Assembly: GCA_018398765.1 (NCBI GenBank)
Contig: JAHBMJ010000499.1
Span: 62,001 to 126,000, forward strand
Reading direction: 5' to 3'
DNA length: 64,000 nt
Source of the DNA: Chromera velia
Lineage: Eukaryota
Below, in pieces: positions 33,601 to 48,600 of the stretch. The first letter of the stretch is position 1. Each line of letters begins with the position of its first letter. The notes beneath the pieces were generated by a model. That model did not search any database, was not told the DNA's origin, and worked only from the letters and a program-made list of their open reading frames with translations. Position numbers and translations under genes: made by a program.

Positions 33601-36600
33601 GGAATGAAGACAGGGGTGATTGTTGCGTTGGATGCAACGTCTGTCTCCTGCTGAGTGGATGGAAGAGCCCTCATGACGTCCCTTGCAATGAAGGAAAGAG
33701 CTTCTTGGAAGGGACCCCCAAAGTCGGAGGCGCCCTCTCCCTTGAAGACAACCATGAACGGTCGATCGGTTGACCGCGTCCGCAGAGACTCGGGTTTCTT
33801 TGCCAACAGCTCTTTGGTGATCTGTGCCCAAATGGTCTGGGAAAGCGACTTTGCGGTCATTCCGAGACCTCTGTCCATCTGCATGCATGCATGGGCACAG
33901 AAAGCAAATGCACATGCAGGAAGCAAGGGAAGTCATGTATTTGAAGGATGAGATTCAAAAACAGCAGAGACACAGATGGACGGCCAGCAGAGAAGGGAGA
34001 ACTTCACTTTCACGTGCCCTGTTGCTGACTCACCCTTATTGAGAACCTGTCATTGGGCAGCCGGCAGCGAGACATTGTGTGAAGTGCAGCGCTCCAGAGG
34101 TCATTGACTGCTGCCTTCAGGAGGAGAGGGCGCACGTAGAGGTACGCGCTTGCTGACATGGGGGTCTCTGCTGGGGACATCTGCATTGTCAATTTGCGTG
34201 AGTGTGCTTGGAGGCAGAGGGGGACAGGGCCTGCGACCTTTCTTTTCTGCTTCTGCTGCTGTGACTGGTTGTTGCTCTTCTTCGCTAGGAAGTCTGCAGA
34301 AAAGAACAATGCCGCATCAGCCTGAGGCACGTCCATCTCTTCTTCAAACCCTGACGGTTCTGCGGCGTTGAAAAGGGTAGAGGCAAATGGGATTGCATCT
34401 GTAGCCATCCTGCTGAATCTGAGTAGCAGCTGGAGCCTCTCTAGGAGCACCCGCTTGAAGACCCTCATCCCGAGAACTGGGTGGCCTACGGTCGGATCTC
34501 TGCACGGGAAGAAACCGAAGTGCACTGGACAGAGGAACTCCAACTCGCGTGCGCAGACGAGGATTGTGCGCTGAAGAGAGGCCCTCAGTTCGATGACTAG
34601 GGTTTTGGCATCAGCGTAAGAGAGATCGGCGGCTTTCCATTGATTTGAACTCTGATGAGGCAGGAACAGCCAAATCTCTTCTTCAACATGCTGCAGCCCT
34701 GGACGTGGAGAGGCGCTCCAGAGCAGGTCTGTAAGTGCCTGGATTTTGGTTTTTGCCTGTTCATCGTCTTTGACGGACGGGGAGAGTTCAAATAGATCTG
34801 CAAGTTTCCTCAACCGGATGTCGTCTTCGAGGGCCCACAGGGCGTGAGCTGCAGAAACCATTAACTCCTCCCCACTAGGCTCCGACCTGACGTTCAGGTG
34901 CACCTCCCATGCCCCTCTCCTCTGGCACGTGGAATCGGAAGAGGATGACGAAGAAGCAGCTTGACTGTCCCCCATACGCCACTGATCAGTCTTCCAGTCA
35001 ATCTCCTGACTGTCGTCCTTGTCTGACAATTCAGTCACAGGGGAGACTACACGGTCGCCCTGGGGTTGGGGGATCGGGCCGCTTCTCTCTCTCTCTCGAC
35101 GGAGAGCATGCAGACGTGCTTGAATGGCATCACGCCACCGCAAACGCTGTGAGGGCCCGCCTGCCCAGTTGATGGTCAGACGCAGCACAGCGGCAAAGGT
35201 TGGAGACAGCCGGTCACGCGCAGTACCGAAGGCCTCTGTGTTTGCGTGCACACTCGAGAGTGTCGACTCCATACTTTCGAGAATTTCCAGCAACTGTCCC
35301 CACGTTGAGGCACCCTCCGCCTGCTGTGCCCAGCGGGGAGGGGCGTCAACAGCGTTACGCATTCTCTGTACTTCGCGTCGCGCAGAAGATTCCTGATCAG
35401 CAGACTGGTGATGGTCCCGTATGCTCACGTGCTGCTGGGCTCTGACACCGCGGACCCGGACCTCATCGCTGCGTTCGAGTTGTTGTGTGGGTGAGAGGGA
35501 TGATCGAAAGTTTCCAAACAGAAAGAGATCGGAGAGACGGGATGCGAGATCGCGGCATGTCTGCATTTGAGTTGCGTCCCCTGCTTCTCTATGAAGAGAG
35601 GTCAGACAAAGAGGGATCGAGGGATCTCTCCCCGAGACCCACGCAGCCTCTCGGAGCTGCAACACAAGCTCCTGAAAGAGACGGCGGAAGAGGAGACATG
35701 CTGACGAGGATGGGGGGGAATCAGGAGAGCGCGATCGATTTCTGAGCGGAGATTCGGCAAGAGTAACAGGCACGGCGATGGGAGAGGAGGCTGAGTGTCC
35801 TCCTCCTAAATCTCCCGACAGATCTGTGATTCTGTCTTCTGTCGGCCCATCCTCCTCATCGTCGCTTTGGCCAGAGAGCTCTTCTCTGAGGCCATCCCTC
35901 ATCTCTTCGCCTCCTCCTGCTTGCTCAATTGCATCTGCGTCAGCCTCCTCGAGCCTGAGGGCTTCTGCGACCAGCCTGGCTGCCGGATCTCTCTCAAGAA
36001 CACTCTCGAGGAGCGAACCTGAATTAGCACCAGGGGAACCTGCCCACCCCCAGGAAATGGCATCCAACCACTCACGCCCTGCAGCCTCCACGCTTCCCCA
36101 ATTTGAAGACGGAGAGGAACCAGAAGCGCTCCTTCCAGTCCCCGGTCCTGTGCCAAAACGCGAACCTGAGGGGCCCCCTGGAGCTGATCCATTCGCCCCT
36201 TGGCGGGCTGAGAGAGGAGTGGCAGCAGATGAAGGAGATGGCAGAGCGTGACGTCCTCGACGAGTTGGCGGTCTATCAGCATGCAAAACAATTCCGGGAG
36301 CTGGGAGCCATCTGGAACTGTTTGAGCTTGTATCATTGTCAGTTTGTTGCTGCTGCTGCTGCTGCTGAGGTCTTCTCGATCGGGGGGAAGATTCTGTCCG
36401 ACTTGTCTGTGCTGCCTGGCCTCGATCTGCACCTTCAACGGTACTGCTAGGCATCCGCGTTGACCTCCAGGAACGGAGGGGATCCCGCTGGCGTCCGTGA
36501 GTCCTGCCTCCGAGGGCAGAGGCGGTCGCAGAGGGCCGACTGCTTAAGATCACTTGAGGCCCTACAGACAGAATTGGAGTCGCACCCCCCCTAGCCCCCC

Positions 36601-39600
36601 CATGAGGTCCTCTGAAGGACCGAGGGGGACCTCTACTGGTTCCTGATGAAGCCCCTCTGGGAATCACGTGGAGATTGGAGGTGGCCGGGGTACTTCCACC
36701 ACCGCCCCCTGTGATTGTGCTGGCGGTAACCGTTTGGGAGTCTGAATTCTGTTCTGCTCCTCCGTCAGGCTCTTTGTCTCTCCCTCTCTTATGGGGAGAA
36801 AAGTCAAACTGAATGGAGGCGGCTGAGCGCGGCGGTGCACAGGAGGAGGTTGGAGAAGCCTGGAGAGAATGGTCGTGAGAGGAAGGGACCAGGTCTGCTT
36901 GTCTGAGGCGCTTCAGGGGCAGCGTTACGGGAGGGGCGAAAATCGATTGCTGGTTGCCCTCCAAGAAAGAGAAGGGGGGGGTTGCACAAGAAAAATCTTC
37001 GCCATCGACTCGGAGGGAAACAAAGTGAGCACCTGCCAGAGTGGTTGCGGGCTCTGCTTTCTCGGCACTTTCGTCAGATTCGCTTCTCTTGTCCGTTGAA
37101 GTTGTGGTCATAGGAGTTGCCCCCGCACACGGAAACCCGACTACCGGCGAGCAGCCTGCCAGGAGGCCCGGCCATCTGAACAACTCCGAAGCTCTTTGCG
37201 TAGAAGCATTGCATCTGCCCCCGTTTCCATTGGACGAGTCCGTTCTCTCTGTTAGGCTCTCCGCCACCGATGCTGTCTGGTAGACATCCGACCTTTTGCT
37301 TCCTCCTCCTGCTTCCAGTGCTCCGCAGGAGTTCGAAATCTGCAACGAACGCCCATCTGCACTCGCCTGCGGGACCGATGCGGCAGCTGCCGTCGAAGCA
37401 GAAGAAGCAGACGAAAAGGCAGCACAGTTTAGGGTATCGAGAGCCTCGAACTCTCTGAGGAGGACTTCAATCTGGACAGACGTCTTCACAAACGAAGATG
37501 AGGCCTTTGAGCTCTCGTCAGATCTGCAGGCAAAGACGCATTCAATCGTTGCAGAAGTGATTTCTCGGTCTGCATGTTCGCATTCACGTGTTGTTGCGTC
37601 ATTCAAAATTTCGTCATGCTTTCATGCCTTTTTGTTTGTAAGACAAAAACCTTCTCTTCGCTGCTTCTTTAAGGTGATATGACCAATGCATCTCCCGGAT
37701 GAAGTTTGAGATTTCGCAATGTCCCGCAATGTCACAGCACTTTTCTCGTAGCACAAGCCACAACAAATGAAGACCAACCGTCGAGACCGAAGAAACGCAG
37801 CAGGGCGGCCACCCAAGCGGAGCAGCAGGTCAAGAGTTTGGGGTTCTTGCAGAGATGCTGCAAAGTCCGTGGCATTCCACCCCAGGATGTTTTTTGTGTC
37901 CAGAGAAGCACCAAAGTGGCACACCAGCATGGCAACAACGTCGCTATGGCCGCATCCAGCTGCCGCCATCAATGCTGTGCTGCCGTCTTGGGATTCTGAC
38001 ACCCCGTCCACATCTGCTGCCCCCATGTCCAGTAGCAGAGACACGATGTCTCCGTATCCGAGCTTTGCAGCTAGACGGAGAGGCGTGTCGTTCCGATCTG
38101 CCAGCAATCGGTCTGCCGTCTGAGCCCCTGCTCCTCTGCCACCGGCAGCTGCTGCGGCAAGAGAGGAAGATAAGGAAGTGGATTTTCCGGACGGAGTCGG
38201 TCGATGCGGGGTGATTCCGAAATCTGCAAACTCCACTTGTCTCACAGGAACGGTAGCGGGGGCCCGTCCATCTGTCGACGTCGGGTTTCCTCCCGACGGG
38301 GATTGTGTGGATGTTCGAATGGGCGTTAGGAGTTTTGGGCAATCACGGAAAATCTGTGAAATCTTTCGACTGTCCCTGAAGGCAATTGATAGATAAAGAT
38401 CTTCTAATTTTGCTTCCTTGACAGAGTCGGGACCCCCACTGACGCTCACGCAGACAGAAGACGGAGGAGGTGCGCCCTTGCGACTGCTGGCGCTGCTGCT
38501 CGCACTCCCACAGCGTCTCGACGAGTCTGCAGGCGCCTTCCATGTGGACCCCTTAGCTGCTGCGTCCACGCCCACCTCTCCGTCCTTCTCGGAGGAACTC
38601 TTTCCTTTGCCGTCTGATGGTTGTGCCCCTACTGAGAGGATTCCAGTCGGGGCGGACGATTGTAAGGCAGCGGTTGGACTAGTGGCCTTCTTTTGATTGG
38701 ACTTCGGGGAGTAAAATGAATCGAAGTCGAAGACAAAGGCGAGTTGGCCGTTTTTGAAGAAGAAGAGTGCGGGAATAGAGGGTTGAAATTCTACTGTGAG
38801 AACATCCGATGGGGCAAAGGAAGGAATGGGAAGTCCAACGTCGACAGAAGAGATGGAAAGCTCTTCCACCATGACCATGTTGGGCATAGGCTGTTGTGTC
38901 CATCTACTTCTTCCACCTCTCACTCCTCCTCCTTTTCCATCTGCTCTTCCCTTCGCCTGGTTTGCACCCCCTCGTTCTCTCTCTCTTTCACCCTTCGGCA
39001 TCATGCCCTCTTCGACTGGCTCGTTCAAAAGGACAGCTGCCTTGACAGCATTCTGCAACTGTGTGCACGTCTTGAGAGACTCAGAAAGGACCCAGGGGGC
39101 CTCGGTGGGAAGGGGGGCGTTGCGGGGACAGATGAGCGCACCTGTGGAAAGCCAAAGAAAACGGTAGGGCTGACAAACCACTCCGAAACAAAAAGCCTGC
39201 GCAGTCTCGACATGGGACGATGCTGCTGCAGATGCAGAGGAGGAAGAGGAAGATCTACCTCCTCCTCCTGCCGATCCTTTTTGTGCCCCCCCCCTTTCCA
39301 GTTCCAGAGCCCCAACTGAGGCTGAGAACGAAAACGGAAGAGCAGGCTGAGCAGCAGAACGGAGTGGGGCTTCAGTTCGAAGCCGATACGGAAGCTGAGC
39401 ACAGACACTTGAACAGGGCTCGGGGGCTGTTGTCACTGTTGTTTGGTGGGCGTTGCACTCCCCTGCTTCCTGTTCTTCTCCTGCTGCTGAGTTGTTGTCT
39501 GCTACCTCGACGGTTTCCGTTCCCAATTCGGAATTCTGGTGAGCTGTGGAGTGCTGCTGTGAGTGAAGCTGTGCATTTTCTCTCTGAACTCCTCGCTGCT

Positions 39601-42600
39601 GCTGTTGATGTAGCGGTGTCGTGAAAGCGCGGCCGAACACAGATTGCGTCCCTGCTCCCACAGCCCTGACAGGTTTGGGTCGGGAAAATGAAAAGCCGAG
39701 ACCCGACCTGAACCCCCCGGAGCGCCTTCCTTGAGGAGACAGCTGCTGGGAAGGCTGGAGGCTTGCACCTCCTGAGGGGGATGTGGTGGCTGGGTTTGGA
39801 AGTGATTGGAGCGGCGGCTGGGGGGGGGCCTGATTTCTTGGAACGACGGCTGATAGTGGAGAAGATGGAAGAAACACGACAGGGTCACCTCCACTTCCAC
39901 TGGTGCCGGGTAACGGATCAATGTCAATTTGATGCTCGGCATTTTCCGCCAGCGGTGGAGGAGACCCGTGATCTGCTGCAAGTCTTCTCGGAACAGATTG
40001 ACTTTGATTCGGATTATGGTCTGCCACGCTGGCGGCTTCAGAGGTCTCTGAAGTTTGCGAGTTGATCAGAGAGGGAATGCCGTCACTGGAGGAAGAAGAC
40101 TGAGAGTCCCCAGGGAGACCTTCAGAGATCATACCCTGCTGAGTTGCATTCCTCCCACCCAAATGGAGTGTTGAATGATTTGCCGCCTGTCCACTGGGAG
40201 ATCCGACTGTCAACTCCGCTTCTGCCCTCGTTCTTGCTAGACCGCTGGAGCCTGGGGGGTCAAAACCGTTCTCGCTCCGTGGGACGATAACGGGAGGATC
40301 GCCGCTACTAGGAACAGTGCCTCCTGACGAATTCAACCCCCCGCCCCAGTCTGAGAGAGAGGAAGCTCTGTCAAGTAACGACAAGGTTTCCGCGATGGAA
40401 CTAGGAGACAGGGCGTCTCGCACGAATGCGCTGGACGAGAGAGCCCCTGTGCCTCCTCCAAGTGAGGCCGGGGGGACCCTCCCGCTCTGTCCTGCATGTC
40501 CCGATACGCCCCCCACATTGAGGAGGAGCGTGTTCTCATTTGGTGGATCTGTTTCCGCTCTCTTTCCTTTGACCTTTTGTTGCAGAATGCTCAAACACAC
40601 GTTCGAACCGATCTGCACTCCTCGCTCTGCAAATTTGCCTTTCGGGACCGACTGAACCAAACAGGTTTCCTCCCCTTTTGTGATCTGGAAGCGGCCTGCA
40701 TGCTGGGGGGGAAGCCTGCAGGGTCCTGACCGAATGCGCATGTCGAGGGGTACAAGGCAAAGCGGAGGAAAGGCCTTGGATAGGGGACAGTGGACCTCCT
40801 CGCTGCCTGCTGGGGTGGCACGAGTGGAGGAAGTTTGTGGAAAGACTGCCATCAGGTCCCTGGGAGACTCCCGGGTTATCGTGATTCCTTGACTGAGTGC
40901 CATGAGAGGCTTTTCAGGAACCCCACCGGTGTCTGTATTTCTCTCTCCTGCTGGCAAGACAGAGAATGGCGACCAAAAGACGGGCATCTGGTCTGCTGCG
41001 GGCAAAGTTCGGTAGAAGATTTTACTCACAGGCGCAGTCAGGTGCATGTCCGTCGACGTACTCCTTTTCAATTCCACCACCAGGGCCGAAGCGAGGAGTG
41101 CGGATTGAACGTCCGAATCCAGAGACTGAAGGCCGCGGAATGAAGGTTGTGGACGGAACTCGAGTCGTGGATATACCTGCAGACAGACAGAATCCATGCA
41201 TGCATGCAGGAAACAAGAATTAAATACTTCGGAATACAAAGGTACTCCAGACACCTTGTACCTTCATTTGCCTCTCAAAAGAGGGAGAGACAGACATTAG
41301 ATTCTTCTTTTGTTTAATTCCGGAGAAAGATAGAACTGCTGTCATCAAAACATCTTTCAGGCCCCTCCGTGTCTGTCTTCTTTATTCAACTCAAGAACTC
41401 GTGTAGTCTTGCACCAACCTGTTGTAGAGAAGAGGGCACAGACGTTGTCGCTGTTTCCCTTTCTCTCATCTCCTGCTTCCGCTCGCTCCCTTCCAGGACC
41501 GCCATTGAAATTGTTCGGCCCGATAGCGACACACGGAAGGAACGCGTGAGTCGGCAGACCATGTCCATTCCTCCCTCATCGCTCCCCTCAATCTCGACGT
41601 CAAATCCCACCCTTCGCTCTCCAGACCCACAGAATCCCTCTCGGAGACCCTCTCCGGTAGGAAGGCAGGTCGCCTGTTGGTCCCCAAAGGTCCCAAAGGA
41701 AGTGCTTGGATCGAACAGCGTCGCAGCCATACTCGTGTTCGCATGCTCCCATTTCGTCTTCTCTTGAAACTCTGCCTCTCCAACACCCAACCGAACGTCC
41801 AGAGCCTCACCCAATGCACGCAGAATTTTTTGGAGGAAGAGGGCAGATTCTCCACTCGCTCGTGCATCTCTCAAGCTGGCGATCGCAGCGGGTGACAGCC
41901 CTGAGGCTGTGAATGAGAAACAGACACCGAGGTCGATTGAAGAGGAACTTTCACCAAAGTACAGCGCTTCGCGTCCGATGACGCAAAAGGGAGAGGGCAC
42001 GTGTTTTTCCGGACCGCAATCCATCGGAATAGAAGGGCTGGGAATCTCTCCATGGAGGTAGAGCCCCAGAGAAACGTCACAGACCGACGAGGTCCCTTCC
42101 TCGCCTCCATACCGAAAGTGCACAGGGGGCACTTCATGGTTCCCTCCCATCTCAGACGGGGGCACAGAACCATCAGGTGTCCCCTCAATTGTTGTGGCGA
42201 GAATGACAGGTCTCTCTTCCCACGAGACCGGAGGATCTCTCCGAATCTCAAAGAGTACACGGTCGAACCGAGAGTCTGTGGCAACCTGTACTCGAGGAGG
42301 AGATTCGACGTGGAGGGGGATATTCAACTTGGAGTCCTCTGCTGATGCAATGATCGGATTTGGGAGACGAAATGTTGCAGAGAGCCGGAGGAAGGTGGCG
42401 GAAGCACAAGTGACGGAGCCAGCTCGATGTCTCCCGATGAGAACCTCCGTCTTCTGTGCCTGTTGCACTTCCCCCAGATTTCCCCGCAACACACGGAGTG
42501 ACAGGGGACTTCTACAGTCAGTTGACACCCTGGGATCACACGCTTCCATTTTCCTGCTGCCCCCTTGGAGGACCTTGCCTAAAGCCTCGAGAAGGCATCG

Positions 42601-45600
42601 CTCCGTTTGGGGTTCCAGTGGAGCTTGAAGGTCTCTCAATGCAGAGCCTTTACCACCAGAGCTTCGCCCTGAGGCTAAAGACGGAGACCCCGGGACCCCT
42701 TGGGGAACTAGGGCCGAGTCATCTAGACTTTGACCCACAAGGCTGAGCTCTCTTGCGGTGTCTGAAGCCACGGCAAGGAGACACACATGATGACGGAACA
42801 GCTTCAGCATGGAAGAATTGGGGAGCGCCAGAGTACCGCTTCTGTCTGCTGCAAGAAGAAGACACGCGGCGGTTGCGAGATGGTGTTGTATGAGGGCTGC
42901 GTTCAATCGATGTCTGATCGACTTTGGCTCTCTGTTTCCATCCAGAGGGCAGAAGCAGTCGACATCCTTTGGGTTGAGTTTCAGTTGACCCTCCAGGTGG
43001 AAAAGACCAAATTCTGCGCATTGGCCTATACAGGTGAGAACGCTCTGTGCGAGCTCTTTTGGAATCACGAGCCCCCCCTCCTTGCCGCTGGAATGAGCCT
43101 GAGATTGGTCAGCCCCAATCAAGCAACGCCCACATATCCAAGCCGTCACTCGAGCGCAGTCGAGGGCCAGTTTCATCGGTAGCTCTTTTCCGTTTGAGAG
43201 CAACGCAATGAGGGAGCACCACACGGGCGGAGTGATAACGCGCCTCCGCACAGAACCCGGACATAGTGGGTGTCTGACGAATGAGTCGACCAGCCAGTTA
43301 CCGACATGGACCGAAGGAGACAGTGCGCAGTATTTTGCCGGACACCCTCTTGGAGCCCTTCGGGAAGAAATGACCTGCCCGACAGATCCCATAAAATGGA
43401 AAAGTGCCTCAGCCTGGAGGAGGCACAAGACTCTCTCTCGCCGTGCTGAGTCCCTCGCTCTGGCGACTGCTTGATAGAACACCCTCTGCCAGCCGAACAG
43501 CTCATCTTTCTGTACCGACAATGCATCGAGGTCCGTGATGGCCCGCTTCTGAAGCGTCTCAAATGTACTGCCCTCACCCACTGTCTTTTCCTCTTCTAAC
43601 AGAGCCCGAAAAGGCTGCCAGTAGGCCGACCACCTGTCGTCCTTTTCTCTGCTGATGTAGTAAATGCAGATTCGGAAGAGCCGCAACACGTTCAGAACTT
43701 GAAGTCGTGCGTCTCCTGTGCGCCCCACCGTCTGTGGACTGCTGCTGTACTGCGGTTGCAGTTGGGGGTCGGGTTCCGTTTCGCCATTCAGGCGGGAAAC
43801 GAATTCCTCTGGGATGATCGCAGCGAGCGAACAGCTGAGAGCCACAGCATCCTTCTTTGTGCACCAGAAAGCGCTGGTCTCGTTCAAACGGACAGCGAGC
43901 TCTCGTGACCGATGAGAATTCGAACCGTCGAGTGTGAAGACACGGAACTTGCCGGTGTCTGACGGGGTGGTCTCTCGAGGTCGTATAGGGACGTTGAAAG
44001 CACTTTCCGGGGACTTCCAAGACTCCACAAGGTCCGAGATCCACCTCCACAGAGACCCTGTTTCTTGCACTTCCACTACCGGCCTTGCTGTCACCTGAGG
44101 AAGCCGAGTGGGCTTCAAAAGGGCCGAGGGAATGCCGCAAAGACGGGCGACTTCTTCGAAATCCAACTTTTGGTCTTCTGTTGAGGAGGACGCAGAAGCT
44201 CCACTGTCCCCTCCTTCTTTCCCCCCCGCGGCATCTGAACCTGAGTTTCCTTTCAAGCCCTCAAGGTTTCCCCCTGCCTGCCCTTTTTGACCTTCGTCCC
44301 CCGTCTTGCTGTTTGCCCTGTCCAAACTCAAAGGATGACTGCCCGACGAACGAAGAAGGAAACTCTCTGCGACGGCAATCAGCTTACGGAAAGAGAGAAG
44401 TACAGATGGAGCCAGATTCCCAGTCGACAACCCCTCGGGAGTGTGGAGCAAAAGTGAGCGGAGTGCAAGAACTGCCACCAGCAATCCCCGTGTGCCCAGG
44501 AACACGAGCACAGAGCACCTCAATTTATCGCTCGCCTTCCCACAAGAAACCACACCGCCGGTGGCGAGAGAATCCAAAGCGCCTGAGACCGAACTTCGCT
44601 CGAGAAGCCCCGCTACAGCCTCAATAACTCTGAACAGCTCTTCTCTACTCAGCTGTCCAAGAGCAGTTCTCGATGAAGGCGACGATGCCATCACCCAAGG
44701 AATGGGGGGGCAATCTGACCGGTTGGCAGAGGGAGGTTCTGTCTCCAGAGTCTCCCGAAGTCCGTTACCCTTCACATCACACCCAAGGACAGCAAGGGCA
44801 GCAGCCGCAAGACCCAAACTCTCCACACTGCCGCCGGAGGGGCCTCCTGTCCCAGGCTGCAGCTCTGTGTTGTCCGCTGCCCTGATTTCCCCCTCCGAGC
44901 CTCTCAAGTTTCCTCCTGCTGGTGCTGCTGGAACGCCGGGTCGAACAACCACTGGCGCGGACTTCCGCTGTTCCACTGAATTGGAGTCCACTGCAGCAGC
45001 GCTACTGCTACTGCTGCTGGAGGAAGATGATGATGAGGAAGAAGAAGGAGACGCTCCATCTCTTACTACGCTTTTTGGCGATGCAGCTGCAGAAGCTGTG
45101 GGGGCTTGGAGCTCGTCAGCAGCACGGCGAATGAGACCGATCAGGTACTGCACAATCTGCCTCCGCATGGGCTCAAGTTCTGCACTCTCGGAGAGAAGTG
45201 CTGTCTGGAAGAGCGTGACCGACTCAAGGAAGAGGCCGCGCTCAGTCTGCCATTCTCTCCGGCTTTCCTGAGCTTCATCAGGGAATGGTCCCGGAAAGCG
45301 ATTTCCTGCCCCGCCCCGGGTTTCCTGAGTGTGAGGCGAGCCCGGCAGTTGTGGTCCTTCATTGGTTGGCGTTGCTCCTGCGGGTTGTGACGCACCCCCA
45401 TAGACTCTCCTGGCAGCTATCAGAGCTGAGTGAATGTTTCGGTGGAGCATCTGACTGGCAGAGAACTGAAGATTTCTTCCCATTCGAACGAACGGAGACT
45501 CGGAGAAAGTCCTCGCAGATCGGAACCAATCAATGGCTTCTGCTTCTTCTCTGTCGGTGGGTGCACCTCCACCCCCTCCAGGAGGGGAAACCGTTCTGTC

Positions 45601-48600
45601 GACTCCTCTCATCAATCCATCCTCTGCCTCTAGGCGCGCAGACTCTCTCTGGGCTTCCATCGTGGGGTCTGGTTGGGGCGAGGAGGAGAGGGAGGGAAGC
45701 TCTCGAGGTGCAAGCGCCTCAAAGAACGTGGCCGATGACTCAGAGGGCAGCACAGATGGTTCTGGAAACCTCGGTGTGTCATCATCTTGCAGTGACGAAA
45801 GTGGTGGAAGGGGTGTATTGCTGCTGTTTGATGCTCCCTGTTGTCCTGCTTCACTCGGTTCTTCTTGATGAATTCCCAAGGGCGTTATACCCGACCGCAT
45901 TCCTGATCCTTCTGCTCCCCTCACTACTGGGTCCTCGCTCTGGGCGGTGATTGTGGAGTCAAAGGTGTCCATGGGGACAACGGAGCCAGTGTCAAACTCC
46001 CCAGCCGCCCGTGCCCACAGGGGACTTGTGTCACCACCCTCGTTGTTCTCATGAGCAGCTGCTGCCCCCGGTCCCACCGCGGGGGAAGAGGGTCTCGGAG
46101 AAGCTCTGCTTTGAGTCCCTCCTGCAGGAGAGGCGCTCCCTGTCGTGACGGCCCCTCCCGCTGCTCGTTGGGATGGGTGCAGGAGATCGAAAGGGGGGCC
46201 CTCGTAAGCAACGGAGATGGGGTCTTGGAAGACGAAAATTAGACTCATCCGATGAAGAGGGTCCACTTGGGTTTCCTCAGAAAAGCCAACCTGAATGCAA
46301 ACCGACATACAGTGACGAGCCTTGCAACAGTGTCGACTATGTCAAGTCTGGAACGCACGGAAAAACATTCATCCTGCCCGTCCTCGTGAACATAAGGAAT
46401 GTCAAACAACATGCGATTCAAATGATAAATAGAAGTGAGAAACACAATCGGAGCACCGTGAAAGCAACAAAAGACGTGTCAAGCAAGAGTGATTGATGCA
46501 GCCAAGCAGACTTTTGAAGCAAAACAGATCGAAGTGATTACTTTGGCACCTCATGTATCATGTGTACTTGCCTTTCGCACATTCACTTCTCAAGTCCATT
46601 CTTCCATTCGTCGCCCTTCCATTCCTTCCAGATTGTCCGTCAACAATTACGAACTGACCTCAAGGACAGAGCCAATCGAGACGCCAGAAATCATCAATTC
46701 AGTTCTCAACGTCATCTGCCCTCCACTCGACAGCGCGTCGGCTCCTTCCCTGGGGCCATCCACCTCAAAACGAACGTCGAGGACCTCTCCTTCCTGGTAC
46801 TGCACCCGGGCTGCGAAAGAGTCTTGGTGGAATTGGGGCGAGTGGCGGGTGCAGAATCCAACCTGCAGAAAGAATTCAATATATCAAACAAGGGAGATTC
46901 GTGGTAACGGAGGTTGACGAAACCCGAAAGAATACTTTACAACTCACCAGCGATCAAACAGGAGCGCTGGAAGGAAGAATAAGGCCACTCTGGAAGAAGA
47001 ACATTTCTTCATCGTTCGATGTTCTGCATGCATAAAGTTGTTGGTATTCCTGTGTTGTCAGATGTGCCTCACTGTATCATCTTTACAGGGCAAGACAACA
47101 TAACAAAGGGACGGAAAGAAGGAAATATCGATCGAAGAAAAAACAATGCTAAAGCCGAAATGAAGGAGGGAGGGAAAGCCCCAACTGACCACATCGTTGC
47201 GAGCAAACACCTCAGAGGTTGGGTGCATCACAGAGTTGGCAGGTGCCACGGTGACTCCAAATCTTCCAGCGGTCATCAGCCTGAAACTGAGGACGTTTGG
47301 GGTGTCGTCTGGCGAGAGTTCGAGGGCGTTGAACGTCAAAGGAGCGCGGCAAAGCACCACTCCCCCCTGATTCTGAGCTCTCAACACACGCAACTCATCG
47401 ATTTGGGGTTCTGCAACAAAATCTGCCGACGGCTGTGCGCAGACATAGAAGTGACTTCTTGAAAGGTTCCGAAATTCTTCAGGGGTTGCAAGCAGAGCGG
47501 CAGACCGCGCAGCTCTTGACGCCTCACCCCCCCCAGCCCCAGCTGCATCAGCATGCCGACCCTCACCTCTCCTCCATGCTCCCTCACCTCCTGCACCTCC
47601 CGTGTCCTGTCCCTGCCCTTCCGTGGCTCCGTCTGTTGGAGACAAAGAGCGACCAGCAACTACAGGAGAAGTTCCTCCTCCCCCCCCGTTCCACCGTCTC
47701 CAGGGGGCCCGAGGCAGGCCCAGGCCTTCCAGTGCGGGGCTCGTGGTCGGCACTGCCGATTGTTCTCCAGAGGGCAGTGCTGTGTTGTGGGGCGCTCCTG
47801 TAGGCAGAGGGACGTTTGGGTTTGTGTGAAGTGGGGGAGTCATGGAGGGTTCAAACGAGACCATACCGAGGGGAGATGACCGAATCGCAGAGGGTCGCCT
47901 GAAATGGCGTTCTCTCATCCCCCCTGAGACCCATCTCGGCTCTCCTGCCTGGTCTGTCTGGTCTCCCAGAGAGTTGCCGGAGGGCTCTACCTTGACTAGG
48001 TCAGCGGCCTCCTCAAGGAACCCCCCAAGGGGGAGCTTTACCAAGGGGGGAAAGAGAAAGCCCTTCATTCTGTCTCTATTCTTCGGCCCTTCCTCTAGAG
48101 AATCCCCCTCTCTTTCCAATCGATCTGAAGAGGAGGCAGCTCCCTGCAGAGACGGCGCTAACTTTGGAACGTCAGAAGAGGAAGAGGCGACAGTACGGAG
48201 GGACGCGATGAGGAGACGGTAGAGCGCCCCGGCATCCTTCTCAGATCCCTCCAGCAGTTGGAGCGTCCGAGGGTCCGGACACGAGAGCGGGCAGACAGAT
48301 GTGGGTTGATTAGGGTCCGCTGTGTCGTTCATTCCTGTGGTTGATGACAGGCATAGGGGGTGTTTCCTGACTGCAGAGCCCTCAAGTGCCTCACGGAGAA
48401 GCACAGAGGCTGTAAAGGGGGACGCCTGGGCGCATGCAGTAAGGGCAGAGAGAATATCTGAAAGCCATGCCCGTGCCTGGGCCTCTTCCCGTGAGGAAAG
48501 GACGGATCCCCCCTCAGCAATTCCAACCCGTGCCAAGAGAATATTGGACCGAGCACGCGCCCACTCATCGTTAAACTGCAAAGGAGCGGCCCTTCTCAAA

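Noticed and set aside
44441..45271. Long plus-strand ORFs inside the HECT gene (also 52980-53744, 49625-50224)
   Set aside because: Antisense shadows of GC-rich coding exons.
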